A stretch of DNA of 64,000 nucleotides from an uncultured Pseudomonadota bacterium. GTDB taxonomy: Bacteria; Myxococcota_A; Polyangia; Fen-1088. The notes beneath the pieces were generated by a model, which was not told the DNA's origin, made no database searches, and worked only from the letters and a program-made list of their open reading frames with translations. Position 1 is the stretch's first letter. Each line of letters starts with the position of its first letter. Positions 11,542 through 20,531 of this stretch are shown here, in pieces. The position numbers and the translations under genes were made by a program. The DNA lies in the NCBI GenBank assembly GCA_963723305.1, contig CAVRRT010000017.1, forward strand, positions 87 through 64,086, given 5' to 3'.

Positions 11542-12088
11542 ATGAAGAGGCTCGTCGTCGGGGCGGCGCTGGTGCTGGCCGGTGGCCTGTTCGTCGTCGG
11601 CGCGCAGCCAGGCCGACGATTCCCTGCTTCCGGTCGGCGCGGCCGCGCCCGAGGTGGTGGGCGAGCGACGCCGCCGGCGCGACCTTCAAGCTCTCGGCGC
11701 AAAAGGGCAGTTCGCCGTGGTCTACTTCTATCCCAAGGACGAGACGGCCGGCTGCACCAAGGAGGCCTGCGCCTTCCGCGACGCCTCCGACAGGTTCGTC
11801 AAGGCGGGCGTCACCATCTTCGCCGTGTCCCGGCAGGACGAGGCCAGCCACAAAGGCTTCCGCGAGCATTTCCACCTGCCGTTCCCGATGGTGGCCGACA
11901 CCACGGGCGCGGTCCAGCGCGCCTACGGTGTCCCCTCGGTGATGCCGGGGATCGACATCGCGGCGCGCGTGACCTTCCTGGTCGGCCCCGATGGAAGGAT
12001 CGCGCACGTCTGGCCGAAGGTCGATCCGGTGGTCAACGCCAAAGAGGTGCTCGACACCGTCGCCGCGCTCCCGCCCAACAAGAAGTAG
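11542..12088 (+). pseudogene. bcp: peroxiredoxin (Bcp/AhpC-TSA family) with signal peptide, frame broken near the 5' end
   Basis: FAVVYFYPKDETAGCTKEACAFRD...FAVSRQDEASHKGF. The signal-peptide start ([15 protein letters not shown]) and the segment DAAGATFKLSAQKG lie in other frames. One junction is at the AAAAGGG run, 11701-11707. Confidence 0.75.
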
Positions 12089-12106
12089 ATCGGGAGTCGG
12101 GACCGA

Positions 12107-13570
12107 TCAGTGCGGCGCCGACAGCACGGCCCAGTCGTGGTCGAGGAACTGGGCGCGCCAGCCGTCGTCACGCAGCCGGTCCACGAGCTTCGCCTTGGCC
12201 GGAATGAAGGCGCAGCGAACACCGAACCGGGCGAACAGCGTCTGGTAGGGGGCGCCCTCTTCGACCGCGAAGCTCTGGCGCAGGAGCTCGAACGGAAACG
12301 GGTCCTGCCGCCCGTCGACGAAGTCCGGGCGCGAGGGCGCGAACCAGACCAGTGATCCACCGTCGCCGTAGAAATTAAAAAGTGGCCCCGGACAGCGGTC
12401 GAGCGCCCGCAGCGCGCCGCCGTCGAACGGATGCCAGTAGAGCCGCGCCGGCTGCGCCCGCCAGCCCACGGCCACGACCGCCAGGGCGGCCGCGCCCAGG
12501 CCCAGCAAGAGCGCCAGGTTGAGGCCCGGGTGCTCGGGGCTGGCCGGGCGGGGGTTGCGGCTCAGCCGAAATCGAAACGTCGGCCCCAGCGCGCGGCTGG
12601 CCGCCGGCATCGCCAAGATCAGGAACGGCCCGATGTTGCGCGCCGAGCGGATCCCCAGCGGCAGCAGCGCCAGGCCGGCGGCGACCACCACCCAGTCCGC
12701 CCAGTCGCCCGCGGCGATGGCGCGCCACCGGGCGACGAGCAGGAGCACGAAAGCAATCGTCGCCGCCCAGAACAGCAGCCCGAAGAGCGTGTCCGGGCGC
12801 AGGACGAACCACTCGGCGATCTGCAGCGCGGAGGAGCGCGCCGCCGAGGCGACCACGAATCGGTAAATGTGAAAGCCGAGCGGCGTCGCCGCCACCGCCA
12901 GGGCCGACAGCGGCAGCACGGCGGCGAGCGTGATGGCGCGCCGACGATCGTCCGGCGCGCGCCTCACCAACCAGCGCAGGAGGGCGGCGGCCGTACAGAC
13001 GGCGAGCACGACACCGCCCAGCGCCACCCCGCCGTGCGCGTTGGCCCAGACCAGAAAAAACGGCGGGATGAAGCGGTGGCGCTCGCGTGCCAGCAACCAG
13101 ACCAGCACGGGGAGCAGGAAGATCGTGAGAAGCTGCGGCCGCAGGCGCCACGCGCTGGCGGCAATCGCCAACCCCACGGTCATGAACACGAACCGCGTCA
13201 GTGGCGGCCCGACCATCAACCGGTACGCCGTGACCGCGGCCGCCAAGATCAGCAGCGCGGCGCCAATCTCCAGGCCGGGCATCCCGCCGCCCGCGCGGTA
13301 GGCGGCGTACATCATGAGCTGCGAGAGCCACTCGTGATCGGGCCAGGGCGTCCCGTACGCGGTGTGCGAATAGAGATCGACGCGGGGGACCTGTCCGGTC
13401 CGCCAGATGTCGGCGCCCGCGCGCAGGTGCCAAAAGGTGTCCGCCTGCGCCGGCGTGAACAGCGCGAGCATGGCGACGGCGGTGAACAACAGGCCGATCG
13501 CCATTTCGTCGAAGGCGAGACCCCGCACGGGCCACCGGCCCGGCCTGCGCGCCGGTGCCCGCTCGCCCAC
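12107..13570 (-). CDS. polytopic membrane protein, GT-C-like (paralog 1)
   Basis: About 11-12 hydrophobic segments. First loop DTFWHLRAG...PWPDHEWL. Soluble ~110-aa C-terminus with FNFYGDGGSLVWF...FVDGRQDPF. About 50% identical to the upstream neighbour over the conserved blocks. Confidence 0.6.
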   Translation of the reverse strand: MGERAPARRPGRWPVRGLAFDEMAIGLLFTAVAMLALFTPAQADTFWHLRAGADIWRTGQVPRVDLYSHTAYGTPWPDHEWLSQLMMYAAYRAGGGMPGLEIGAALLILAAAVTAYRLMVGPPLTRFVFMTVGLAIAASAWRLRPQLLTIFLLPVLVWLLARERHRFIPPFFLVWANAHGGVALGGVVLAVCTAAALLRWLVRRAPDDRRRAITLAAVLPLSALAVAATPLGFHIYRFVVASAARSSALQIAEWFVLRPDTLFGLLFWAATIAFVLLLVARWRAIAAGDWADWVVVAAGLALLPLGIRSARNIGPFLILAMPAASRALGPTFRFRLSRNPRPASPEHPGLNLALLLGLGAAALAVVAVGWRAQPARLYWHPFDGGALRALDRCPGPLFNFYGDGGSLVWFAPSRPDFVDGRQDPFPFELLRQSFAVEEGAPYQTLFARFGVRCAFIPAKAKLVDRLRDDGWRAQFLDHDWAVLSAPH

Positions 13571-13571
13571 C

Positions 13572-15062
13572 TCAGCCCGACCCAGGCGCCGTCAACACGG
13601 CCCACCGATCGTCGCGGAAGCGCGTCTGCCAGCGGTCCGTGATCAGTTTGTCGATCGTCTTCGACTCCACGGGCAGGAACGCACAACGGATTCTCCAGCG
13701 GTCGAACAGCGGGCGATAGGGCGCACCGCTGTCGACCGCGTCGGCGGCCTGTACGAACGAGGAGGAGTAGGGATCCTGCCGGTTGTCGATGAAGACTCGC
13801 TTTTCGGGGACGAACCAGATCAGATAGCCGCCATCGTAGTAGCGATTGTAAATCGGGTCGGGGCAGCCGCGCAGGGCGGCGATCACCCCGGCTCCGAGCG
13901 GCTGCCAGCCGAGGTTCTTAGCCGGGATGCTCCAGGCCCAGACGACACCGATCGCCCCGCACAGCGAAAGTCCGACCAGCAGCACGAAATGCAGGCGCGG
14001 GTGGTCGACCGAAGCGGCCGGCGCCGGTGCGCGGCCGAAGCGAAAGTCGGCGCCCAGCAGCCGGCTGGTTGCCGGGATGGCGACCATCAGGAACAGGGCC
14101 ACGTTACGGACGGCCTGGAAGGCGAGCGGAAGGATCACCAGCGGCGCGGCGAAGAGAACGGCATCGGGCCAGGTGGCGCCGAGCAGCCGGCGCCGCCGCC
14201 AGATCAGAAGCGCGACGAACGCCGCGGCCAGAACCCAGAACGTGATGGCGAACCAGTCCTCCGGCCGCGTGGGCTGCCATTCGAGCACGCCGTTCTGGCG
14301 TGAGAGCGCCATCGACGTGCCGATGTAGCGCCAGAGACCGAAGCCGAGCGGCGTGAGCGCCGTCGCCAGGCCGCAGAGCGGTGTGACGATCGCCAGTCGA
14401 ACGGCGCGGTTTCGGTCGCGCGCGTCGCCTCGGCGCCCGCGGGCGATCGCCACCAGCGCCACCGCCGCCAGCACCAACCCTCCCATCGCCACCGCGCCGT
14501 GCGCGTTGGCCCAGACCACAAATTGCGCTGGAAGCAGGGCGTAGCGGTCGTTCACCAAGCACCAGAGCAGCAGCGCCAGCATGAAGATGGTGACCACCTG
14601 CGGTCGCAACACCCAGATGCTCGACGACAGCGGCAGCGCGAGCAACATGATCACCAGGCGCAGCCCGGCCGGGCCGACCATCAGCCGATAAAGGATCGCC
14701 AAGGCGCCCACCACGAAGGCCGCGTTGCCCACCGCCAGAAGCCGCATGCCGCCCACCCGGTAAAGCCCATACGAAAGCGCCTGCCAGAGCCATTCATGGT
14801 TGGGCCAATACCCTCCCTCGGCGGTGTACGAATAGTGGTCGACCAGCGAAACGTGCAGCGTCCGCCAGATCTCCTGGCCGGCGCGCAGGTGCCAGTAGGT
14901 GTCCGAGTGCGCGGGCATCAAGCAAGCGCAGACCGCCAGCGCGCCGAACAGAAGTCCGGCCGTCAACTGCGAGAACGTCAACCCGCGCGTCACGCGAACA
15001 GCGGCGATGATATCCCGGCCGGTGTCCCGGCGCGCGATCGGCGCGATCCAATTGACGCCCAC
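13572..15062 (-). CDS. polytopic membrane protein, GT-C-like (paralog 2)
   Basis: Same architecture: DTYWHLRAG...YWPNHEWL and YNRYYDGGYLIWF...FIDNRQDPY. Its stop lies 1 nt before the start of paralog 1. Confidence 0.6.
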   Translation of the reverse strand: MGVNWIAPIARRDTGRDIIAAVRVTRGLTFSQLTAGLLFGALAVCACLMPAHSDTYWHLRAGQEIWRTLHVSLVDHYSYTAEGGYWPNHEWLWQALSYGLYRVGGMRLLAVGNAAFVVGALAILYRLMVGPAGLRLVIMLLALPLSSSIWVLRPQVVTIFMLALLLWCLVNDRYALLPAQFVVWANAHGAVAMGGLVLAAVALVAIARGRRGDARDRNRAVRLAIVTPLCGLATALTPLGFGLWRYIGTSMALSRQNGVLEWQPTRPEDWFAITFWVLAAAFVALLIWRRRRLLGATWPDAVLFAAPLVILPLAFQAVRNVALFLMVAIPATSRLLGADFRFGRAPAPAASVDHPRLHFVLLVGLSLCGAIGVVWAWSIPAKNLGWQPLGAGVIAALRGCPDPIYNRYYDGGYLIWFVPEKRVFIDNRQDPYSSSFVQAADAVDSGAPYRPLFDRWRIRCAFLPVESKTIDKLITDRWQTRFRDDRWAVLTAPGSG

Positions 15063-15174
15063 CGCCAGCGCCCGCCCAGCACCTACATTTCAAGACCGAA
15101 GCGCACCCACAGTCAGCGCGCGCGCAGCAACAATTCAAGAACCGGAGTGCAGGCAACCGAGATACAATGATGAC

Positions 15175-15642
15175 GTGCGGTTTCTGCCCTTTCTTCATGG
15201 GCGCGAGCGCCGGCCTGGGCGCGGACGAGCGCGCAGGCCTGGCTCCGAGCGCGGCTCGACGGTCGTCGAGTTCGCCTGCGTCTTCCCGCTCTTTTTCACG
15301 GTGGTCGCCTGCGCGCTCGAAGGCGGGCGGTTCGTGGTCTCGCGAATGATGCTCGCCTACGCCGTGAGCGTGGGCGCCCGCGCCGCGACCCTGAGCGGCG
15401 CCAGCACGACGGGAGTCCAGACCGCCGTCGTCAACGCCGCGCCGATGTTGCACCTCTCCAGCAGCCAGGTGGAGGTCACCTCGGCAACCGGAATCCCCGC
15501 CACCGTCGGCACGACGATCACCGTCTCGGTCGGCGTCGTCAACGCAGCCAACGCGTACACCTTCCAATCGGTCATCCCCAGCCGCTTTTCCCCCTTCTCG
15601 ACGCGGAACTGGACGGCCCAAGCCTCGATGATCGCCCGATGA
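15175..15642 (+). CDS. tadE: TadE-like pseudopilin
   Basis: GTG start. ...RGSTVVEFACVFPLFFTVVACALEGGRF is the TadE N-terminal motif. ATGA overlap with the next gene. Confidence 0.7.
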   Translation: MRFLPFLHGRERRPGRGRARRPGSERGSTVVEFACVFPLFFTVVACALEGGRFVVSRMMLAYAVSVGARAATLSGASTTGVQTAVVNAAPMLHLSSSQVEVTSATGIPATVGTTITVSVGVVNAANAYTFQSVIPSRFSPFSTRNWTAQASMIAR

Positions 15643-16778
15643 AGCGCCACGATCCCCGCCGGGTCGACAGCGGCGCCATCACCGTGCTCGCCACCTTCCT
15701 GCTGTTGACGCTGTTCGCGATGGCGGCGCTGGCGGTGGACGTCGGATTCCTCTACACGCGCTCGCGCATGATCTACGCGGTCGCCGACGGGATCGTCGCG
15801 GCAGGCATGGGAGACATCGTGAATGGGAGTCAGGCGTCGGCCACCACGGACGTCACCAACATGGCGAGCCAGTACAGCGGGGTCTACACCGTCACCTCCA
15901 GCACGACCGCCAGCCAGCTCTCCGTGACGGTCAGCGCGACCTATCCCATGTACTTCGGCAAGATTTTCGGTCTCGCCTCCAAGACCATCTCCGTCACGGC
16001 CGTCGGTCAGGTCACGAACATTGCCCCGGCGTTGCTCTCCCTTGGCTCCTGTGGATCGGGCGCGCTCGGCCTTCGAATCGGTGGCCAAGCCAACATGACG
16101 ATCAACGGGAACGTAGAGAGCAACGGAACGCTGAACTTCAACACGGGCGTGCCTCCCACGGTGGTGACGGGTTTTGCCGAGTCCCCGTGCGTGGGCTCTC
16201 CCAGCCTTGGCGGCGGCTCCGGCCTTGACGTCGAAGGAGGTACGGGGTCAGGCGGCCCGTTCCCGGATCCATACTCCGCAGTCCCGACGACCCTTCCACC
16301 TTGCACATATGGGAGTCTGTTGGCGCCCTACGCCATCCCCAACGTCAACTGGGGCCCCGGCGGCGTTCTGGCACCGGGTGTCTACTGTTCCGGTGGCGCG
16401 CTCAACGCCGCGAGCATTGACCCCTGCCAGTGCATGAATGCGACGGGCGTCTCGTTCATTGCTCTCGGGGACATCAACCTCGGCAACAACGGAACCAGCA
16501 CCATCTCGGCAGCCCCGGGCATGCCGGACGGCATCGTAGCGTACAGCGCGTCTGCCGACGACTGCACCACCGGCCAAGCGATCAACATCGGCTACAATGA
16601 CTTCAACGTCCAAGGTTCGTTCTATGCCCCCAACGGCTGCATCAACGTGGGCAACAATGGGATCCTGAACATCAACGGATCCTTGATCGGCAACTCGGTC
16701 CAACTCGGAAGCAACGGCACTTGGACCATCGGCGCGACGGGCGGCGGCGGCGGGACTTCGTGGCAGATGCTGCAGTAG
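15639..16778 (+). CDS. tadG: TadG-like pilus assembly protein
   Basis: N-terminus SGAITVLATFLLLTLFAMAALAVDVGFLY is a TadG-type hydrophobic segment. The Gly/Asn/Thr-rich C-terminus is probably beta-rich. Confidence 0.65.
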   Translation: MKRHDPRRVDSGAITVLATFLLLTLFAMAALAVDVGFLYTRSRMIYAVADGIVAAGMGDIVNGSQASATTDVTNMASQYSGVYTVTSSTTASQLSVTVSATYPMYFGKIFGLASKTISVTAVGQVTNIAPALLSLGSCGSGALGLRIGGQANMTINGNVESNGTLNFNTGVPPTVVTGFAESPCVGSPSLGGGSGLDVEGGTGSGGPFPDPYSAVPTTLPPCTYGSLLAPYAIPNVNWGPGGVLAPGVYCSGGALNAASIDPCQCMNATGVSFIALGDINLGNNGTSTISAAPGMPDGIVAYSASADDCTTGQAINIGYNDFNVQGSFYAPNGCINVGNNGILNINGSLIGNSVQLGSNGTWTIGATGGGGGTSWQMLQ

Positions 16779-16791
16779 CCGCCAGCGGGCG

Positions 16792-17280
16792 TCAGCGCCG
16801 GTAGAGGATCGGCGTCCGGTAGCGAAGGTTGCCCGGGGTCGCCGTCGAGGGGGGCAACCCGAAGTGGACGCTCCCCGAGACGGGCGGGAAGTCGACGGTG
16901 ACGACGACCCCCCAGAGCGGTTTGCCTGAGACGGTCGTGCAGGTGATGGTGGCGGTGGTGTCGAGACCGATGGCCGCGCTCACACTGGTCGTCATGTAGG
17001 TGATGGCGGCCTGCGCCGGCACCCCTGGCGCACCGGTAACGGTACTGATGTTCGCAGCCGTGCAGACGGTGACGCCGTTCGCCGCGGCGGTGGCGCTGGC
17101 CTGGACCGCTGTGGTGCGGGCGGCGTCGGTCGCGTTGATCCCGATGTAAAAGTAGTAGCCGTAGTCGACCAGTGCCAGCACGAGGACGGTGATGAACGGG
17201 AGCAGCAGCGCGAACTCCAGCGCCGCGACGCCGCGGGTGCGCCCGCGCTTGGTCCTCGCTCGCCCGAAATTCAGGCGCAT
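16792..17280 (-). CDS. tadE: TadE-like pseudopilin
   Basis: MRLNFGRARTKRGRTRGVAALEFALLLPFITVLVLALVDYG. AAGGAGG lies upstream of the ATG at 17280. Confidence 0.75.
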   Translation of the reverse strand: MRLNFGRARTKRGRTRGVAALEFALLLPFITVLVLALVDYGYYFYIGINATDAARTTAVQASATAAANGVTVCTAANISTVTGAPGVPAQAAITYMTTSVSAAIGLDTTATITCTTVSGKPLWGVVVTVDFPPVSGSVHFGLPPSTATPGNLRYRTPILYRR

Positions 17281-17315
17281 CGCTGCCTCCTTTCGCTGAC
17301 TGTGGGTGATCCGAA

Positions 17316-17735
17316 CTATTGTCCCTGCGGAACGGAGGGGGGCGGCGTGTACTGCTCGTTCCCGTGCGCCTGCCCGATCATCAACATCTGCCCCTGCCCC
17401 TGCCCATCGCCTTGCGCGGCGGCGCCGCTGACGTTGCGGCGGTAGTTCTTGGAGATGGCGGCTGCCTCCTGCGCGTCGAGGCTGGAGAGGGAGCGCCTGG
17501 TGGACTCCGAGTCGGCGGGCTCGCTGCGCACGTGCTGCATGGCAAACCAGTCGTTGAACGAACGCCCGTAGTACGAGGTCAGGTGGGCGCGATCGCAGGC
17601 GCCGGCCAGCGAGCCGAGGCCGGCCAGCGCCAGCAGGACCATCCAGCGGCGCGCGCCTCCACCCTCGATCCTGTTCGTGGTCGTCATGTCGGTCGTCCTC
17701 TCGGTCGTGCTGGTCGTGGCGGTCGTCTTGGTCAT
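17316..17735 (-). CDS. Tad-locus lipoprotein of unknown function
   Basis: Lipobox LAGAC. The start overlaps the tadD stop (ATGA). It occupies the position of the RcpB/CpaD/TadF-type accessory genes. No family was recognised. Confidence 0.5.
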   Translation of the reverse strand: MTKTTATTSTTERTTDMTTTNRIEGGGARRWMVLLALAGLGSLAGACDRAHLTSYYGRSFNDWFAMQHVRSEPADSESTRRSLSSLDAQEAAAISKNYRRNVSGAAAQGDGQGQGQMLMIGQAHGNEQYTPPPSVPQGQ

Positions 17736-18592
17736 GGCGTGGCGACCGGTTGTTTGCTGAGACTGGGAGCAGAAGCGGCAACGGGAGCGGGGGGAGCGGC
17801 GGCGTCCGGTGGGACCGGCCGTCCCAGCAGCGCCGCGGCGTGGACCAGGTTCGAGCGCGCCCTGGCGGCCTTGGGATCGATGCGCACCGCCTGCAGGTAG
17901 AGATCGTAGGCGTTGGCCATGTCGCCCCGCCGCTCGTAAGCGAACCCCAGGTTGTTGGCGGCGTCGACCTCGCTGCCGCCCATCCGGAACTCGCGCGCGG
18001 CGCTGGGAAGATCGCCCAGCGCGGCGTAGGCGAAGCCCATGTTGGTGCGGACCCGGTGCGAGAGAGGCGCCAGGCGCGCCGCCTTTTCGTACTCAGCGAT
18101 CGCCTCCTTGAAGTGCTCGCGCAGAAACAGCGAGAACCCCAGGTTGTTCAGGTAGGCGGGGTTGTTCGGCGACAGTCGGACCGCCTCCCGGTGCTCGGCC
18201 TCGGCCCCCGGCCGCATCTGGACGTCGAACAGGATGCCGAGTGCGGCGTGCGCTTCGGGCGCCGCGGGCGCGGCCTTCAGCGCGGCGCGCAGATCGGTCT
18301 CCGCGTCGGTGAAGAGGCCGCGCTCGCGATAGACGATGCCCCGCAAGATGAGCACGTCCGCGTCTTCAGGTCGCTGAGCATGCAACTGGTTGAGCAGCGG
18401 GAACACCGTGCTCCAGTCGCCGCGCTCGACGAGCTCGCGCGCCATGTCCATGCGCGCGACGTCAGCGGGCGTGTGCGCCTCGGCGGCGTGGCCGGCACAG
18501 CCGGCGAGCGCGCCGGCCGCCAAGCAGATCGAGATCGAGATGGCGAGCGAGCGCGCAATCGCCGCGCTCCCTGTCGCGCCGCGGGCGATCAC
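17732..18592 (-). CDS. tadD: TPR lipoprotein TadD
   Basis: Lipobox LAGC followed by several TPR units (AHAALGILF..., AYLNNLGFSLF..., NLGFAYERRGD...). Confidence 0.75.
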   Translation of the reverse strand: MIARGATGSAAIARSLAISISICLAAGALAGCAGHAAEAHTPADVARMDMARELVERGDWSTVFPLLNQLHAQRPEDADVLILRGIVYRERGLFTDAETDLRAALKAAPAAPEAHAALGILFDVQMRPGAEAEHREAVRLSPNNPAYLNNLGFSLFLREHFKEAIAEYEKAARLAPLSHRVRTNMGFAYAALGDLPSAAREFRMGGSEVDAANNLGFAYERRGDMANAYDLYLQAVRIDPKAARARSNLVHAAALLGRPVPPDAAAPPAPVAASAPSLSKQPVATP

Positions 18593-19557
18593 TATTTCCC
18601 CCCCGCTCCGCCGTTGATGATCATCAACGCCGCCGGCCCCATCACCACCACCATCAACGACGGCAAGATGAAGAAGATGAGCGGCACGGTCATCTTGACG
18701 GAGACCATCGCCGCCAGCTCCTCGGCGCGCTGCATGCGCTTGGTCCGCATCCCCTCGGAGTGAACCCGGAGCGCGCGCGACACGCTGGTGCCGAACATCT
18801 CGGTCTGAATGATCATGGCCGACAGCGACTTCAGATCCTCGACGCCGGTTCGGGTGGAGAGCCGGTGAAAGGCGTCCGAGCGCTTCACGCCGGCCTGAAT
18901 CTCCAACATCGTCTGCTTGAGCTCCTGGGCCAGCAGCGGCGCGACCAGCTCCATCTCCTGCGACACCCGCGCCATCGCCGCGTCCAGCGAGAGGCCGGCC
19001 TCCACGCAGGTGACCAGCAGATCGATGGCGTCCGGCAGCGGCTGCTCGAGCCCCAGCTTGCGGTTGGCGATCTTGTTGCCGATCCAGATGTTCGGCAGGA
19101 AGAAGGCGACCGCGCAGGCGATCATCGCCACCGCGAAGTTCATCGGGAACTCCATGGGGGCGTCCAGGTGGACGTTGATCTGCCAGAGCGTCAAAATCGC
19201 GATCGGGGTCAGCAGCAGCTTGATCCCCAGGAAGACCTCCACCGCGTTGTCGTCGCGGTAGCCGGCCTGAATCAACGAGAGGTGGATCCGCGACAGCTCT
19301 TCTCCGGCGCTCGGCTTGGCCAGGCGGGCAAAGGGGCGAAGGATGCTGGCGATCCGCGCCATCGTCTTCTCCGGCGCCTTCTGCTCGAAGGCCGGCAGAT
19401 CCAACCCGTGGGTGGTCCGCTCCAGGCGCTCCATCACCTCGTCGCGGCTGCCGCCCAGCATCGCCCGCGCGCCGACGGCGAGCGCGACGACACAGACCAC
19501 CCCGCCCACGGCGGCGATCACCAGCTCGATGCTGACGCCGGCGAAGAGATCGCCCAT
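18592..19557 (-). CDS. tadC: Tad platform protein TadC (GspF-like)
   Basis: T2SSF-like membrane protein. The ATG at 19557 overlaps the tadB stop. Confidence 0.8.
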   Translation of the reverse strand: MGDLFAGVSIELVIAAVGGVVCVVALAVGARAMLGGSRDEVMERLERTTHGLDLPAFEQKAPEKTMARIASILRPFARLAKPSAGEELSRIHLSLIQAGYRDDNAVEVFLGIKLLLTPIAILTLWQINVHLDAPMEFPMNFAVAMIACAVAFFLPNIWIGNKIANRKLGLEQPLPDAIDLLVTCVEAGLSLDAAMARVSQEMELVAPLLAQELKQTMLEIQAGVKRSDAFHRLSTRTGVEDLKSLSAMIIQTEMFGTSVSRALRVHSEGMRTKRMQRAEELAAMVSVKMTVPLIFFILPSLMVVVMGPAALMIINGGAGGK

Positions 19558-20519
19558 CAGATCGTCACCTTGGTCATGCTCTTCATCCAGAGAAAGCCGA
19601 GCGACCACATGACCAGCGCGCCGATCAGAAAGTAGTGTCCCGCCTCGGAGGTGAAGAGGGGCATCACGTAGGGGCGGTTGGCGAACAGCAGGAAGAGCAG
19701 CGTCACGAAAGGAAGCGCGCCCACGATGTAGCTCGACATCCGCCCCTCGGCCGTCAGTCCCGCCAGCTTCCCCTGGAACTTGTAACGGGCGCGCACGGTG
19801 TCGGCGATCTTCTCGATGATCTCCACCAGGTTGCCGCCGGTCTCCTTCTGCACGATGACCGAGAGGGCGAAGATCTTGAGGTCCTGGTTGTCCGGTGCGC
19901 GGCGGGTCATGTCGGCCACCGCCCGCTCGAACGGCAGGCCCAGCTCCTGCGCTTCGAAGGCGCGGCCGAACTCCAGCGAGACGGGCGTCGGCATCTCCGT
20001 CGCCACCATCTTGAAGGCGCTGGAGAGCGCGTGCCCGGCCCGCAGCGAGCGGGCCATCATCTCCAGCGCCTCCGGAAGCTGCTCGGACAGCTTCCGGCTC
20101 CGCCGCGATCGCATGAAGGCCACGAACAGGAACGGCAGCGCGCCGAAGAGAAGCACCAGGATCAACGAGAGCGGACCGCCGTCGCTCAGCAGGCCCAGGA
20201 TGAGCCCCACGAAGGCCCCGGCGCCGCTGAAGGCGAACAGGCGTGCCACGGTGATCTCGAGCTCGGTCTGCTCCAGCATGTTCTCGATGCGCGCGGTGAG
20301 CTTGATCGAACGAAGGATGGCGTCGATGGCGGGGATGGCCGAGAGCTTCCCCTTGCGCAGCAGGCCCGTCACCGCCTTGGCGTCCGACGTTCCCAGCGAG
20401 GAGAGGCGGCGCTTGAGCTCGTCCTTCCGCTTGTCGGTGAAGAACCGCAGCGTGTAGACGAGCGCCTCCATCACCGCCACCACCGTGAACGCCAGGATGC
20501 CGATGAGGATGATCTGCAT
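19557..20519 (-). CDS. tadB: Tad platform protein TadB (GspF-like)
   Basis: T2SSF-like: LPEALEMMARSLRAGHALSSAF... Confidence 0.8.
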   Translation of the reverse strand: MQIILIGILAFTVVAVMEALVYTLRFFTDKRKDELKRRLSSLGTSDAKAVTGLLRKGKLSAIPAIDAILRSIKLTARIENMLEQTELEITVARLFAFSGAGAFVGLILGLLSDGGPLSLILVLLFGALPFLFVAFMRSRRSRKLSEQLPEALEMMARSLRAGHALSSAFKMVATEMPTPVSLEFGRAFEAQELGLPFERAVADMTRRAPDNQDLKIFALSVIVQKETGGNLVEIIEKIADTVRARYKFQGKLAGLTAEGRMSSYIVGALPFVTLLFLLFANRPYVMPLFTSEAGHYFLIGALVMWSLGFLWMKSMTKVTI

Positions 20520-20531
20520 ATCCCGCCGCTC

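Noticed and set aside
15167-15349. 60-aa ORF starting MMTCGFCPFF, overlapping the tadE-like gene start.
   Set aside because: It is out of frame with the TadE motif (VVEFACVFPLFF), which defines the real frame. It has no homology.
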